Positions 13,911 through 28,509 are shown, counted from the first letter of the stretch. The stretch: DNA of 64,000 nt from Monocercomonoides exilis PA203 (GCA_001643675.2 LSRY02000038.1:682001-746000), one strand, 5' to 3'. Numbers and translations are program-made. The notes: generated by a model from the letters alone, not told the origin.

Positions 13911-14101
13911 CCTCCAGGTTCAAACCTTCGAGCTACCAATTAGCAAGTTTGTAAGCAAGTCGTTGGTGATGATCAGCTAGAGTGCTCTAACGTTTCTAAA
14001 CTTTTCTTACACAAACATTTATATCAATACCGTAACAAAAAAAATGATCAAAAAATGAACGTCTTCTTCAATGTGCAAACCCTTAAAAGAAGAGCGTGAA
14101 C

Positions 14102-17100
14102 TTGGCCTTTGCGACAAGGAAAGTTTGGGTTGTTCATGTCGGTCGAAAGGATTTGCATGAGTCGAGAGGTTTCGTTTTTTTTTTAATTCTAGGTTAATTC
14201 CATTTTTTCGTTCTTAATTTATAAAATTATTGTTGATGTTCATAAAAAAATAAATAAATCGTAAATATTAAGTTCAATTAGAAAATTTTCTACTCAAAAT
14301 ATTTATGTTGGAGAAATCAAAATTGTTATGAATCAAACGACTTGCTCATTCATCCACTAATGTTGTTTTCTGCGCGTTGCAAGGATAATTATCACTTGTT
14401 TTTTGCTTACCGCATAAATTATTTAAATTATCACATGAATCTATTTGCTCTCAAAATTAAAAAAAATGTTTTTTATATAATTAAAAACATGCATTATTAG
14501 CAAAAGCAACCGTTTCTGTTAATAAATATTTTTATTTTAATGCATTATGCAGAAAGAACAAGCCCTCGCCACAAAATCGACGAGATTAAAGAAGAAAATT
14601 TAAAGAGTGAACAACCGGAGAAGTTTTATGACTTTTTCACGAACAACCCACAGCTATTACAAATCCATTTATTCAGAAAAACAATAATGATAGTCAAACA
14701 AGTTGATAACAGGATAAAAAAGGAAACAAAGACAAATTTTTGTATTTTCTTATATAATGATGCTGAGGAAATGTTTGAAGCTTGTGATTCAGCTTTATAA
14801 ATGCGAATTAGTGATTTCCTAACAGAAAATTATGAACTGAGAAGGGCCAAATATTGACAACAATTGCGGTTCATATTTTGTCAGCGCATTAAAAGAATGC
14901 TGATCATACTCACCTGCTTACAGATCGTTTTTTGAATACCTCGAGAGTTTATTCAACCAGTGCTTTCATGCCGTTACTATCGTACTCACACAATGTCGAA
15001 CACTCTAAAATTCGAGGCCGTTACAGATTGTGGATATCTTTTAAGCTTCCAACACCAATTTGTCACTGCATCATCGAACACAATAATAACGCAAACAAAA
15101 ACACAGCACAATGGCTGAGCAGGCATTCATCTAACTATTCCTGGATTTAGCAACATTTTCGAACATCGCTTCGTGTGAAAGGCATATTTTCTATTGTTGG
15201 CTCATAGGATTCAAAATGATCCAATTCCCAGGAATGTTTCAAAGAAAAATTTTGAAAAGAGACTTAAATTACAAATTAACAAAAATGCAATCAAACATAT
15301 AATAACCTCAGATTGTTCATCTTTCGGTGCATTCTGTAGAAGATTTGAATAGTAGGGTAATCTGCAGATGTGAACCAGCAGCAATTATTAAAGAAAAATG
15401 AAGTTGGTAGTGAAAAATGAAGCACTGTCAGAACATATCCAATCGAGAAAGAAGGAAGGTCACACATATGTTTGAAACAATCACAATTATTGTGAAAGAA
15501 GAAGCAATTTCGAAACTGGAATAAAATTAGTTGAAAATTCTGTAGATGAAATCGTTATGAAAACCATTTGTTGTTATTATGTCCTCGATTCATCTGCTAT
15601 GTTTTTTTAAGTATCATCGATTTTATTCAGATTTCGTTTTCCTTTTGACTTTTTTGAAATATATAAAAGAATTGTTTGAAATTCTTACCTTTTTTTCTAG
15701 GCTGTTCTTTTGGCAACATTTTTGCCTAGATCAATTAATGATTCAATCTTTCTCCAACTTCACTTTTCATTTTTGTTGTAGTATTCTAATCCCATAAAAC
15801 TTATAATATCATCTTTTTTTTCAAAACTCTTTTTCCTCTTCCATTTTTATTTATGTACTCTGTTTAGTTTTTAATTTCACTTCCAAAAGCTGCTTCAATT
15901 TCCTCCACTTCTCGATTTCATTCACATTATCACATTTTTGAAAGGTTATCGAATTGAAATATGCGACAGAGAAAGCACAGAATTCTCCCAGATTTAACGA
16001 ATCCTGCGGAAATGTTGATCAATCTATTTTTACTGAAAAAAAGGAGAGATACAATATATTTGAGTGATAGTAAATAATTTCTGTTCTTGTGAAAAAAAAA
16101 GATTTCATAAAGCTTCCCGAGATATTCTTTTAAAAAAAGTTTAATCTCAAGCAGGAAGACAAGTTTGCAGCTTCTATCTAACTTCTTGAAACAAAATTTA
16201 TATTTTTCGTTGAAGAATTGTTCCGTTGCTCTATAAAAGTCTTTCCCAAAGGCTATTTGAAAAAAAGAGAATTGAAAAACCTGCGGCCAACGAGTTCTTA
16301 TTTTAGTCAGAAACAATTGCTCAACAAAATATCACAAAATCAATACAAACATAATAAATTGACAAAGAAATCTAAGAGAATATCCATGAAGACATCAGTT
16401 CAATGATGTTTTTTTCAATGTTGTTCCTCACTCTGGTATTTTCCTTTCGAATTGCGTTTTTTCATGGTTGGGGCACTCTCTATACAAAATCTCGCATATG
16501 CAAAGGTTTTTCCGATCTTTTGTCACCATCACTCTTGCACTTTTGTTATTCAATCTATGCATTCACTTCCTTCAATTAATTGCCTTTATCTTTAGCCAGG
16601 ATTAAAAAGCTGTGTTTCTTGTTATTGGATCAACTCTGAAACATCCTCTTCAAACTTGTGAAGCTCGAAATAAACATTTCTCAAATCTAACTGTCCAAAT
16701 TTTTAGAATTATTTCTTATAACAGGTGTCAAGATCGTTCAAACACTCAGCGTGTGGAAGTGTTAACTAGTTCTGAGAAGTTTTTTGCAAACAACGTATAA
16801 AATTCCAAAGTCAAAATATACACTTGAAAACATAATTAAACATGCAACTTCTTTTTCAATGTTCTAATTTTGCTAATAAAATTTAATTCTTTATTAAATC
16901 CTGGAAATCAAATTGCCAAGAGAAAAAATGATATCAAAAAAGAAAATCCGTTCGACAGGTTGATCTTTTGACCGACCGATCTTTGTCAATCGACTGATCT
17001 CGACAAACACCTTCGATTACGCATTAAAATGTTTTGAAAAATCATTTTTCAAATAAAGAATTTCTTGTTCGTAAAAAATATTTAAGCAAATATAAGATAA

Positions 17101-17239
17101 ATTTATAATTATTATGAACAACAAATAAATATTATTTTTATATATTTCTGATTCACAAATTTGATCAAAAACAAGACATCTGTTTTGTCGGTCGACTTGT
17201 TTAGTAACTCATGAAATGTCGGTCCGTCGCAGGGGCTTA
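14102..17239 (+). mobile_element. Degenerate hAT-superfamily DNA transposon (~3.1 kb)
   Basis: Imperfect 14-bp TIRs: TTGGCCTTTGCGAC vs revcomp TAAGCCCCTGCGAC (10/14). Candidate 8-bp TSD GCGTGAAC (14094-14101) / TCGTGAAC (17240-17247), 7/8. Subterminal GTCGGTC/GACCGAC motifs at both ends. Internal hAT-like motifs. Confidence 0.65.
14330..15320 (+). pseudogene. hAT transposase relic (many stops and frameshifts)
   Basis: CxxH motif (CLPHKL, 14404) and a C-terminal dimerisation-type motif ASCER/IFSIVG (15168-15201, across a frameshift), preceded by a W...Y..DLA segment. Confidence 0.5.
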
Positions 17240-17749
17240 TCGTGAACATAACTGAAAACCCAAGAACTGTTACGCTAACCCTACAACCAAAACCAAGTAA
17301 TTTATACATAGATTACTTTTGAATTTTAACCTTAGAAATAAAAAAATACTGGCTCAGATCAAATCTGCCCACCTTTCTTAAATTAAGCCATAATCACTCC
17401 TGAAGTAGATAAATACGTTGTTTCCCAAGCACCTTTAATTTTTTTTTAAATGAACGGAGAAAATTATTGATACACCTTTCATTATTCAAAATCAATAAAC
17501 TAATTATTAGATTTTGGAAAACTAATTATACAAAATTGTTAAGCTTATTATTCATAATTGATCGTTTTGAGTATTTTTTCATAAAATTATTAGTGATAAA
17601 TTTGTCACTAGCAGAGTGTCGAAAATAGCCCGCAATATAATATCCTGTCATTATTTTTGAAAATGATGAGAATTTGAACCTCTATTTCAATTTTTTGTTA
17701 ACAACATAAAAATGTCCACTTTTTCTGAAAAAATACATCAAGAGTGGAA

Positions 17750-18150
17750 TCATTTAATTACATTAAAATTTGTGACTAACAAGATGTTCTCAAGAAAATT
17801 GTTTTTGAAATTTTTTTTTAAAACAACAATTTCGTTATTCATATGGTTGATTTTTTTTGATTTCATAAAAAAAGATCAAAAATCGAAAAAAATAATCTAT
17901 TGTGGTATTAAAGATATTTTAACGAATGTTGATTAATCATAAGTACTTCGCTTTTATTATTGTAGAATATATTTTTGTTTTATTCATATAATCAAAAAAA
18001 CATACCTTTTTAATGTTCAAAAAAAACCTTTTTCATTTTAATCATAAATTTTTAGAAAAATTGAAAAATCAAACATTATGAGGAAAATAATAGTTTTGTA
18101 ACTTGCAAAACAAATCTTTGAAAGGAAATAATTAAAATAGAAGAATAGAA
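17750..18150. repeat. Dispersed non-coding repeat; second copy at ~39100-39500 (3' flank of the paralogous pseudogenes)
   Basis: Shared blocks in the same order: GATCAAAAAT.GAAAA..ATAA.ATCTATTGTGGTATT, GAAAAATCAAAC.TT and AAC.TGCAAAACAAA. Confidence 0.8.
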
Positions 18151-18229
18151 GAGATGATAAGAAAACAAAATTGATGATTTCTATGGAACATTATCAATTA
18201 TTTTTCTTTCTTTCATCTTTTCTGTGACT

Positions 18230-21200
18230 TTGCATAGCCACATATCACATTTCTTTATATTCGATTCAGTAGCTTTATAAATCGTTGAACTATATTATGG
18301 GGGAATCAATAATCAATGAATTAAAACAACTCAACCCCAACACTTCTCTCTTTATTCTTTGTACAAAAATCCTATTCACATGTCGTTCTCAATTTACCTC
18401 TCTTCTTCCTTCTATTTCATCTCTGCCTCGTCCAAATCCTTTTTTCAAAAATATCACTTTTGCTCTTTATTCTTTTTCTATCCAATTGAATCTCTTTTCC
18501 TCTGCCATGCCTCCATCACCACACTGACTCTCTCTTGACATCTCCTTCTGAACCATGAGTAGTATTGTCTCAGCATAGCATAACCAGCAAATAACCGTTT
18601 GTAACATGATTTTGCTAAACACCTAGTTCAACTGATTCTGTGTGATCGAGGAGGTGAACGAAATAGGAAGATGAAGAGGAGGCGGAAGAGATGTTTTTTT
18701 CGCGTGCGTGTTTCTAACTGAATCTGTGATAGAACCTCTATTTGCTTTCATAGGAAACATCATTCAGAAAGACAACTCGGTTGTTGGGAATGACAGAACA
18801 CACGCATTAGGCTATTGGGATGTGGACTTGTTTATATTTCTCGATGGATACTTTGCTGACATGGTGTAAGTGGATGGTGTATCTGACATCAAAGCAATAT
18901 ATTGTGAGTTTACAAAGGCGATCTGCAAGTGCATGCACAATGCGATGGGGCTTCTGAAGAAGGTGCAGAACATAAGGCAGAAATCATTGCATGCGCCGAT
19001 AAATAGTGAATATATATGCGAGTGACAACCAAAGAGAAAAAGTTGTTGAAATGGCACACAAAAAAGAAGAAATTACCTCAAATATGCGTTTGATGAAATT
19101 AACATTACTTGTCTGCTGTAAATTCAGCTGTTTCATTAAATTTTCCTTCAAATAAGAATTTCCTCAAAATCACTTTCCTTCATCGGTTCATCTTCTGCGA
19201 CATATTGAAGGCGCGTGACGTTGTGTAACCTGCCAAACGCTATTTTGGTACTCATCCATTCACAAAAGGATTGCTCTGATACTCTTTCTTTTTTATCTGT
19301 GCCTCTTTCAGCTTCCAAATGAAAAAGTCTAAATCGATTTTTCTTTAAAATTACGTGCCTTCTAATCAGCTTTTCTTGGTTTAATATTGAATCATTTCTG
19401 TTGATATATAATTTCAGCCGTTATTCTGTGATTGAATAAATATTCCTTTTGTGCTTCCAAATTGATATGAAAGGCGAAACATACTGTTGGATCTGACGGT
19501 TGTTGAATGAAATGAAAGAAATTCGTTCAAATCGCCTTTTTTTTCCCCAAAAAACAATTATGAAAGAAATGAAGGCGTAATCGACGATTGATTAGCCGAT
19601 ACGAAGAAATGCAGATGAAATAATTTATGGCCCACATGTCGGCTCTACCAAATTGAATGGCATAAATGAATCAGAAGGCCTATGATCTGATCAAATGCCA
19701 GCGGTAGGAATACAGCAAAGAGGAAGCATAAGAAGATGGAGAAGAAAAGGAAACAATGATTGGAGAAAGTGTAGAAGTTCAGATGAAATTGAATTGAAGC
19801 GAAACGACAAATCTTCTTCTCTGTCAAAGAAAATCATTATTTTCTCCTTCACCACTCCTCAAATACAACATTTCATAATTTTAAATTAAATTTCATAAAA
19901 ACAGTGCCATCAGTTGTCCAATGTTCATCTCCATCGTTCTTCTCCTTTTCTTTCTCTTTTCATCATTCAACACTTTTTCCCAAACTGTTCTTTGCTCAGT
20001 CACATTTGTAACGATTATCCAATTCGAACTTCTCCTTCTTCTCCTTCTCCTTCTTTTCCCTCTTCAGCTCTTTTAACTCATTAAAAGATCGTTCATTGTT
20101 CTCTTTTCTTTCTCAGTGTGCAATTACTAAATACTTTCTCATTCCGCTCATTTGCTGAATCTTCTCTCTTCTGAATCTTGTTGAAACTTTGCGGAGTTTT
20201 TGTTTCTTCTCTTTCGCTTCCTCCTCCGCTGAATGAATTTTAATCTTCTTTGAATTCGCTTCATCCAGCCACCTTCACTTCTCGCTGCTCTCTGTGTTTG
20301 CATCTATTCCATTGCTCTCGCCTCTGCTTCGTCCTCTCTTTGCCTTTTTCTCATCTTTCATTAATAAGTCTTCCACATTTAACTCATCTTTATTATTATC
20401 AAATCATATTTCTTCTTCTTCCTATTCCTCTTCTTTATTGTCATAATCATTTCATCTATCTTATCTTCTCCTTCTCCTCCTCCTCAACTTCCACTTCTTC
20501 CTTTGCATCCTCATCCTCGGCAGAGTGTTAAAACAGCTGCCTAATGTGTTGCGTCTCAGAAATATGACTTCTCACTCCTGGAATATCACCTTCCGCGAAC
20601 ATTCTTGCAATGCAGGAGTTGTCTTCAGAAAGTTGTTGTACGGACGATGTAGAAGTTGATGATCGATCTGGTGATGGGATTGCAAGGGGAGAACATCGAG
20701 ATGGAGTTGTTTGGCTAATCGCGAAGGTGAAAGTGCTGGACAACAAGAAGACAAACGACCTGAGGCTTCAGCTGTGCTCGCTAGACTGGCTGGTGTGAAT
20801 GAGAACAGCATTGCTGTTCTGACCAAGAGAAAAAGAGTCATTTCACATGCAAATTCCGTATCGTGAGCCATAAGCGGTGTACACTTTGTTGTTGCATGAT
20901 AGGTTGCTGAAGGAGCCTTGTGGATGCTGTAAGGCGCCTCCATTTATTGAGCAGGCCTCGAGTGTCACTGAAGGGCAACAGCGGAAAACGGATGTGCTCC
21001 CAAGAGACGATGGAGCCCCGCTTTGGGTAATGGTTTCGCTGGCTGATACACGGGCTGTGCCGCTGTTTCACTAGTATATGTAGCTGTCGGGCTGGTCGAA
21101 AGAAACAGAAGGAAAGAAGGAATGAATCATACTGAAGTAGCTTTCTGGCTGATTTGGTACAGAAGAAGCAGAAGAAGAAGAAGAAGAAGGGGGATTGCTC

Positions 21201-23150
21201 ATTGGATTGAGAAGAACAATGCTGCCAGTTTTAATGGCGAGATCTGTAGCGATGAGATGCTCGAGAGAGTAGCTGGAGCCGTCATCCAACGCAAGCACAA
21301 CAAAGACTGTATTAAGGGCGGAGAGGTTAATGAGAGAGAGAAAGAGGGAGGAAGCGGGGAGAGTGAGAAGAGCAAGGTGGGTGAGGTGGAGGGAATGGAC
21401 AGATATGCTGAAGAGGCGAAGTGTGCCCCTGCAAGCACAAAGAAGTGTGGAGTTGAGGTGGGTATGCTTGTCGGCTGTCGAAAAGAGGGAGGGGGAGACG
21501 GCAAGGGATCAGTCGAGGAGGCAGAAAACAGAAGAGTGGGTAGATGCGAAGGAAAAGTGGCAGCTGGTGAGGATGCAGGTATTGAGAAAGGTAATAACCG
21601 CAGACTGATCGGCAGGCTGATCAGGGATATGAAAATGGGGGTGGCAATATAAACGTAGGCAAGACTCCCCGAGATGAACTCAACTAGGATGTCTGTAAGA
21701 AGGATATGGGTTTCGATGGAGAAGGATTAGATCCATAAAATGTTGAAGAGCGCTCTCGACGCAGAGGATCAATGGGCAAGCGGATGAACCTGTGTCTTTG
21801 TCGACGAATATTTATTGGGCGCAGTAGAAGAAGACGAAGGAGATGAGGTCAGGATCGACATCGAGGTCGAGGCCGAGATAGGAGGAGTCGGAGCCGCAGA
21901 TGGAGGTGTTTGAGGCGAGAGAGGTTTGGGCGAAAATGGAAAAGATGAGTCCATTGATTTGGTAGGGGGCGCTGGAGCAGCGAAGAAATACATTCTTGCC
22001 CACAAAGGCGCGTTCAAGTCGAAGCGGAGGTCGAGGATGGAAAGAGAGATGACATGTGAGCTTTCGGGCTTGGAGTTGTCAATAAGCAGCTCGCTGCATC
22101 TGACGGTTAAGCCATATCAGATGCACTAGGCGAGGATGCATGCCGATGTGCACACAAACTCTTCTTCTGGTTAATTGGAATGAATGATCGATATTCAGGG
22201 ATCAGCCGAGTGTCTTCGTGAGTGGAAGTCAAAGCCCTTTGCACGTGAGCGCAATATTGGTCATGTTTATCTTGAAAAACGCCGCAAGAGGGATTGAATA
22301 CTTGAAAATGGCTGTAAATTGCTTGAATCCGCTGAGTTCATCGAGAAAGTCCAAATCTAAACTGGTCAGATCCCAGTTGAAATGGCAGGTATCCGCTTCG
22401 GCCAGCTGCATGCTTCCTGATGCAAACGTTGTTTTATCCTTCGAAGAATCGCAATTGGCAAACGCCACATTGCCGCTCCAAAATGCAACATGCCACCAAG
22501 CCCGTTGCTCCCTTTTTGGTACTACACCTGAAGGTCATGAAGTTCTTCATCTCCTTCCCCAACCATCTTCATGCACTAGTCATCTCTACTCTACTTCTGT
22601 GCACTTAAAATGACTCATTCGCTGCACTCCACAACGTTGCTGCCTTTGTGCTCTATCTTCAGAAATATGTCGCTTGACATTTCGCTCAATGTCATCTTCA
22701 CAGAGTTGATCGCCCTAAGCCTGAAGCTCAACATCTCTTTTTGGGCATCGTCATCGCCAGACGCAACATGTGTCACACTGCAGAAGTGGAAATTTCGTCT
22801 TTGATGTAGCACAAGTGTTTATATGAACCTCAAAATGGCTGGTTTCGGACTCAACAGACAGTGCAGAAGGATCTCTGTTAGGAACTTTTTCAGAGCTGCC
22901 AGTGAATACAAAAGATTAAGAGTTGCAATAAAGCATTGAGTACAGCAAAGTTGTGATTGGGTTTATCAGCAAGACGACAAAAGGCTGCACCAAAAAAGAG
23001 GATGTGGAAGAACGATGGTTGGAGAGGAAGCTGAGGAAGTAGAAGTATAGATGGCCTGTGAGGATATTGCAAATGAACTTAGGAAGCTTTTGATTCATCT
23101 GAAGTTGGACTTAATAAGTTGAAATGATATTTATCTTAATGTTTTCATTT
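18230..23150 (-). pseudogene. Decayed member A of an uncharacterised gene family (paralogous to 39560-44140)
   Basis: Higher-GC, codon-like sequence broken by stops and frameshifts. Collinear blocks with copy B (18553-18680 vs 40063-40190; identical 33-mer 19706-19738 vs 42699-42731). Boundaries approximate. Confidence 0.55.
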
Positions 23151-23609
23151 TTCATTTTTTCAATAACTTTTTGGATCAATATAGTAAAAAAGAATGACAT
23201 GTTGAGATACATTTGTTTTTACAAAAAGCAAACAACATAGCATTATTTTTTCGACGTACCTCTTGCTATTGTCTCAAATTTTAGTCTGTATGGTTTACAG
23301 ATTGTTATTGTTTCTTTGATATGTATTCAGTTTAACAAATCTTTTTTATGCTTTTTAAATAACGTAACAAAACAGAATAAAAAACAGATAAATCAGGCTC
23401 ATTAAATTTTGAATTCTTGTTGTAAAAACGATTTTGCTCGTGTTCAGTAATTGTGATGAATGATTTGATATTAATTTTTCTAAAAAAAAATATTAAAAAT
23501 AAAATAAAATATAAAAATAAAAAAAAATGCTTTTATCAAAAATCCACAAACAAATTGTAATTATTATATCCATATCATTTTTTACATTTTTTTCACTTTC
23601 CTTTTTCTT

Positions 23610-23690
23610 TTCAATGCAACCCTTAATGAAAAAGATATTTGATCAAACGTTGGAGTTTTTATGAATTCAATAAAAAATCACCCATATGAA
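23610..23690. repeat. Dispersed non-coding repeat; second copy at ~44410-44490 (5' flank of the paralogous pseudogenes)
   Basis: CAATRCAACCCTTAATG...TTGAT.AAACGT.GGA.TTTTT...AAAAAATCACCCA.ATGAA at both sites. Confidence 0.85.
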
Positions 23691-24339
23691 TATTTATGGG
23701 ACATTATTTTTGAAATCATGAATTTCCATATAAAATTTCGATGCCTTTTGAAATCAAATTTTGAACACATGAAAGATATTCAATAAATTAATAAAGCGAA
23801 TAATTTATTTATTTGTTTTTTTCATTTGCTTTGGGCGATGTGATGATAATAATACGTCACTTTTGTCACAAGTTTTGCACAAAAAAAAAAAAAAAATAAA
23901 AATAAAAAAAATAAAAATAAAATAAAAATAAAAATAAAATTAAAAGAAATGAAATGAAATCAAAAAAAATCTTAGAATAATATATTTTTTATTTTTATCA
24001 TACATTTCCAGCCCACAAGAATTAATTCCATTTTTCACATACAAAATTAAATAATCATATGATACCATAATAACACAAATAGATTAATAAAATAAGTATT
24101 TCATATAAATATCTAATTAATTTTGCCCAACGCCCAAAAGAAGTGGATACACACAGATATTCATATGTTTCTTCAAAGTTATTATTCAGCAACAATTTCT
24201 TTTTTCCAAACATTCGCATTATCAATATGAATGATGATAACGTAGGTTTAACAGAACTGCATGTTCCAACATATATATAGGAGATATCTGTAACTGAAAA
24301 AGTCACTGGTATGTAAATGTTTGTTGCATTTGTATTATT

Positions 24340-25686
24340 GCGAATAATACTTTTTTCTAATTTTTTTTTGAAGAATTGATTAACGAGCTTGAAGATTGCG
24401 ATGGGAATGAGCAAAAACGGAAAGTCTAAGAGATGAACGAGGTGATGAAAGAGATGAGTAAATTCGATTTTTAAACCATTTACACAACCGAATTGTTAAA
24501 TATAATATTAAAAATGATCAAAGAAGAGAAGCTTTCGATGGGTAATGCGTGTTTATTTATAAAGCATGTTGGATATTGCAAACTTTAGAAAAATAGTTGG
24601 AGTTTTCATTTTTTAGAATCTATGCTGAAGAAAAGATTTGAGAAAATAATTATTATTGAAAATGAGAATAAAGAAGAAAAGAATGAATATTTGCTGAATG
24701 ATATTTGTGAATGCTATCTTTTGATTAAAATGGGGTTTTCATGGGAAATCCTTTCTATTTGTATTCGTTGTCTTATGAAAGCTGCATTGAAAAATGAGGA
24801 ATACAATAAAGCTGACAAAGAAGTGGAAATGGCTTTGCTTACATTAAGAAACACATACAAATTTACTGTTTGAGCACATCAATTTCTTTTTTTTTGTTAT
24901 TGTTATATTTCTCATTTCTTATTAGTTTATCGAACAAGAACGATATTTGAATGAAATGACAGAAATCATCAATTATCATCAAGAACACTTCAATCTGACG
25001 CAACTAGGTTATCAATCAGCTAGGCAGTTTTTGTTCTACAGAATAAGACAACACGAAAGCGTTGAAGAAATGATTGCAAAAGAGATGAAAGTTGTGATAA
25101 AGACAAGAAGTGAATTGAAGGAGCATTCAGAGTGCATGGATTGGAAGATAAAAGCAGAGGAAAGAGGAGAAAAGACTAAAGAAGAGCATGCTTTGATGAG
25201 ATGGTTCTTCGCATTGGCGTTTTTTTAAATACGGAAAGATATGGAATGAGGAATTTGTTGGTCTTTGAGCTGCATGGTTGGACTATTTCGAGCACCATAG
25301 GACAATTGCAAAGAAAATTTTGATGAATGCATTTATTTATGTATAACTTCAGCGAACAACATAAATGTTATTGTTGCTTTTTTGTTGGAGAGTGGAGCTA
25401 TTAATGTTATTTTGGAGGGGATACAGAGATCAATATTGGATGACACAATGGTATTTCATGGCTTAGCAATTTTTGTGAATGTTTCAAGGAAATTGAAATG
25501 GAAGAAGAAAGATGAAAAGGAAAAAAAGGAAAGAAAATGTTTGAGAAGGAAAGTGTTTGAAATGATTGAAGAAGAAGAATATGAGGATGTCATCACAAGC
25601 TTTCATGGATTGTTTGATTTTTAAACGAAATACTTAATGATCATGAATTATCAGCAATTATTTATAATTATTTTTTGAATGTTTGA
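24340..25686 (+). pseudogene. Pseudogene of a lineage-expanded helical protein family (…KEVEMALL… motif), with a short intron at ~24868-24924
   Basis: Fragmented ORFs 24622-24873, 24947-25228 and 25382-25624 read as one protein with in-frame stops. Motifs (LEDC..EQK, CECYLL, CLMKAALK..E..KEVEMALL, EIINYHQEH.NLTQLGYQSA.QFL, EEEYEDVITSF) match a family I recall as expanded in Monocercomonoides. Confidence 0.65.
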
Positions 25687-25989
25687 GAAAATTAAACGAA
25701 TGAATTATTGTGATTTTTGATTAACCATATTTCCTTTATTTTCAGTTCATAAAATCGAAATTTTAGTTATTTGATGACTATTTTTCCAATTTATATAAAA
25801 TTGAAATGAGTGTTTAACATCAGACAACTTTCATGTATTTTGTCATTTTCTACTTTTTATCACTAAATTATCTTCTTCAAATGATTTGTTAACTTAAAAA
25901 TATCACACCGTTAAAGCAAAATACAATTATAATTTAGCTTCTCAATAACAAATACATAATCTTCTCTTTGCGCAACACTTTCTGTTTCT

Positions 25990-27640
25990 TTTTCGCATGA
26001 TTTTTATCATACAATTCAATGTTTCAATTTTTATTCTTTTTTCCAAAACAGAAAAGGAATAAATGAATGAAATAGAATTTGTTGAAAAAGAGTAAGAGGA
26101 GCAATTAGAATTTTCAAGCGAATGAAAAGAAAAAGAAGAAGATGAAGCAAAAGATTTGGAATGAATTGAGTGACTAATTTGGAGCACCTGAACAGCTGTC
26201 TAGATCTTTAAATGGGGGAAAAACGATCCTCATCTTCCACTAACGGAAGAATGAATTGAAGAAAGCAGGGAGAAGAAAAGAAGAGCGACGAAGCATCTTT
26301 TTTTGCGGTCAGTTCAAAGTCATTCTGGATTTTGTGTATATTTGTTAAAAGAGTGTGCATCAGAATCTTCATTCTCCAACTAGTTGCCTATTTCATTTTC
26401 CTTCAGATACTTTCCATTCATCCGCTTCTCCTTCACCTTCTCCTTCTCAACTGTCATCCTCAGCTTCAAATGCATGAAATGTTGGGAGTTTCCTTTATTT
26501 TGAGCATTCAATCACCAGCGCTTCCGTTGCGATGCAACAAGATGATAGTTAATAACAACCTCTTTCTTCTTCATATTCCTCTTGATGTCATATCGAATTA
26601 GAGTAGTAGTGATTGTGATTGTGATTGCTATTATTTATCTTCCAGCCAGCCATCCACATCGCAGTCTTTTCTACCGGGCAGCACGCAGTTTGCGAGTGTA
26701 TGCCACACACCCATGTTATCGAAGATCCAATTTGGGTGCAGTCGCAAAGGCTGTGCTTGCTCCTGTGCGCAGATGCCTTCTCCGCCTCCACACCCTTTAG
26801 ACGCACTACCTCTTCATCCTCTGCCTTCACCACCTCTACCACCAACATTGTATTCATGTGTGATGAGATATCCTCTCAGCGGAACAGATTGCTTTGAGAC
26901 ACATCCTCCTCCTCCTTCTTCCACAACTATTATATCTGCAAACAGTTCTGTGCTTTCGAGAGAGAATTCGCTTTCTCTGCCCACTACACATTATTTAAAC
27001 GTCCCCTCATTCACACGTGCATTGCCATCTACGGCTTTCCTTTCTCCATCTGCAGGCACTTCCTTGTCTCCTTAATATAAGCAATCTGCGAAGTATGTTG
27101 TATCTTTTTCTCTTTAACCAACTTCACTTTCATTGTGTTCGCTAACTTTCCTCATCCTCTTCTCCATCCACCTTTTCCACCTCCAACATCATCATTGCCT
27201 TCTTCTTTTTCCTTTTCCTCCTTATTCTCTTTCTAAATTCTGTTGATATCAACATTTCAACTGCAGCAAACTGTTCTCCTTCTCCTGGAAACTCTTCTCA
27301 AATGGTTTCCTTCGCGCCATCTCCAACTTATTCGTCTCATTCACATTCGTTCCACTCATATCTTTCGTTTTTGTCTTTTTCAAACTTTCTCGGCCGCTTT
27401 CTCATACACGATTAACAAAACACATACCATGCTTTATGTTTATCTTCATCTTACTTTTATGTGTCTCTTTATGTTACCACAGTTGCTACTCGGTCCGTGA
27501 ATTGTGTCAGTGGTTTCTTTTTTTCACTTCTTTCTTGGTTATTCATCGAAGAATGTTTTTTCCTTTTATTAACGTTTATTTGAGCTGTTGATGGAGCATA
27601 TTTTCCGAAAGAGATCAATGAATATAATTTGTTTAATTTC
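25990..27640 (-). pseudogene. Decayed hypothetical gene
   Basis: Higher-GC, E/K-rich codon-like segments on the minus strand with many stops; no domain recognised. Confidence 0.35.
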
Positions 27641-28509
27641 GTTCGAAATCGTTGCTTGAGGTTGAATTGTTGCGCATCTTCAATAAAAACGAGCTGTTTC
27701 CCAACAGTTTGGAATAATCATAAAATACAAATACGACAAATTTATCGCCTTTGATTTATTTTAATAATTATCTTTTTGGTATCAGCCAGCTGATAAGACA
27801 AACTTTCATTTTTAGATTTCGACTTCCATGCTTTCATTTATGAAATCTTTGGAAAATATATAATTTTGCATATCCTTTGAAAATTTTGAAAATATAAAGA
27901 ATGAAAATATGATTTGGTTCATATGCTGCATAATAATTCAAGAAAGAAAAAAAAAATACAAAATCAGCAAATCAATCACCAAAAGAAAAATATATTTGAA
28001 AAATAAAAAAAACTATGTACTCGAAAATACATTTTGTAAATACAAAACAGCAAGCAATTACTTTTTCATGAAGGAATATCCAACAAAAGCAACAATAATA
28101 ACTGCGGCAACTCCAATGATCATTTTTTCCATATGACTGAACATTTCTGGTGAATGCACTGCACATGCTCATCTTTCATTTTGGGGAACACCAGCTAAAC
28201 ATTGCTCAATATGTTGTCCGCATCCTTTCCAAGTCCTTTGTTAAAAATAATTCATTTCTCATAAAAGCAATAATCGAAACAACATCAACTTTATTCAACA
28301 AAAAATTAAATAAGAATTTTGATATAAGTTAAATTATTAAACAATTTCACACATGTAACTTTTTGACACATGAAAATTTGAATATTTTTTAATGTTGAAT
28401 GATCAATGCGCAATCTTTTTTAATGAAATAGTTATTTATTCACAGAAAATTACTTTAAATTCAGGACATGAACAAAAAAATTTAAACTAATATTATTGTT
28501 ATTATCAGT

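Noticed and set aside
17276-17332. CTAACCCTA / TAACCTTA telomere-like words
   Set aside because: Only isolated units, expected by chance.
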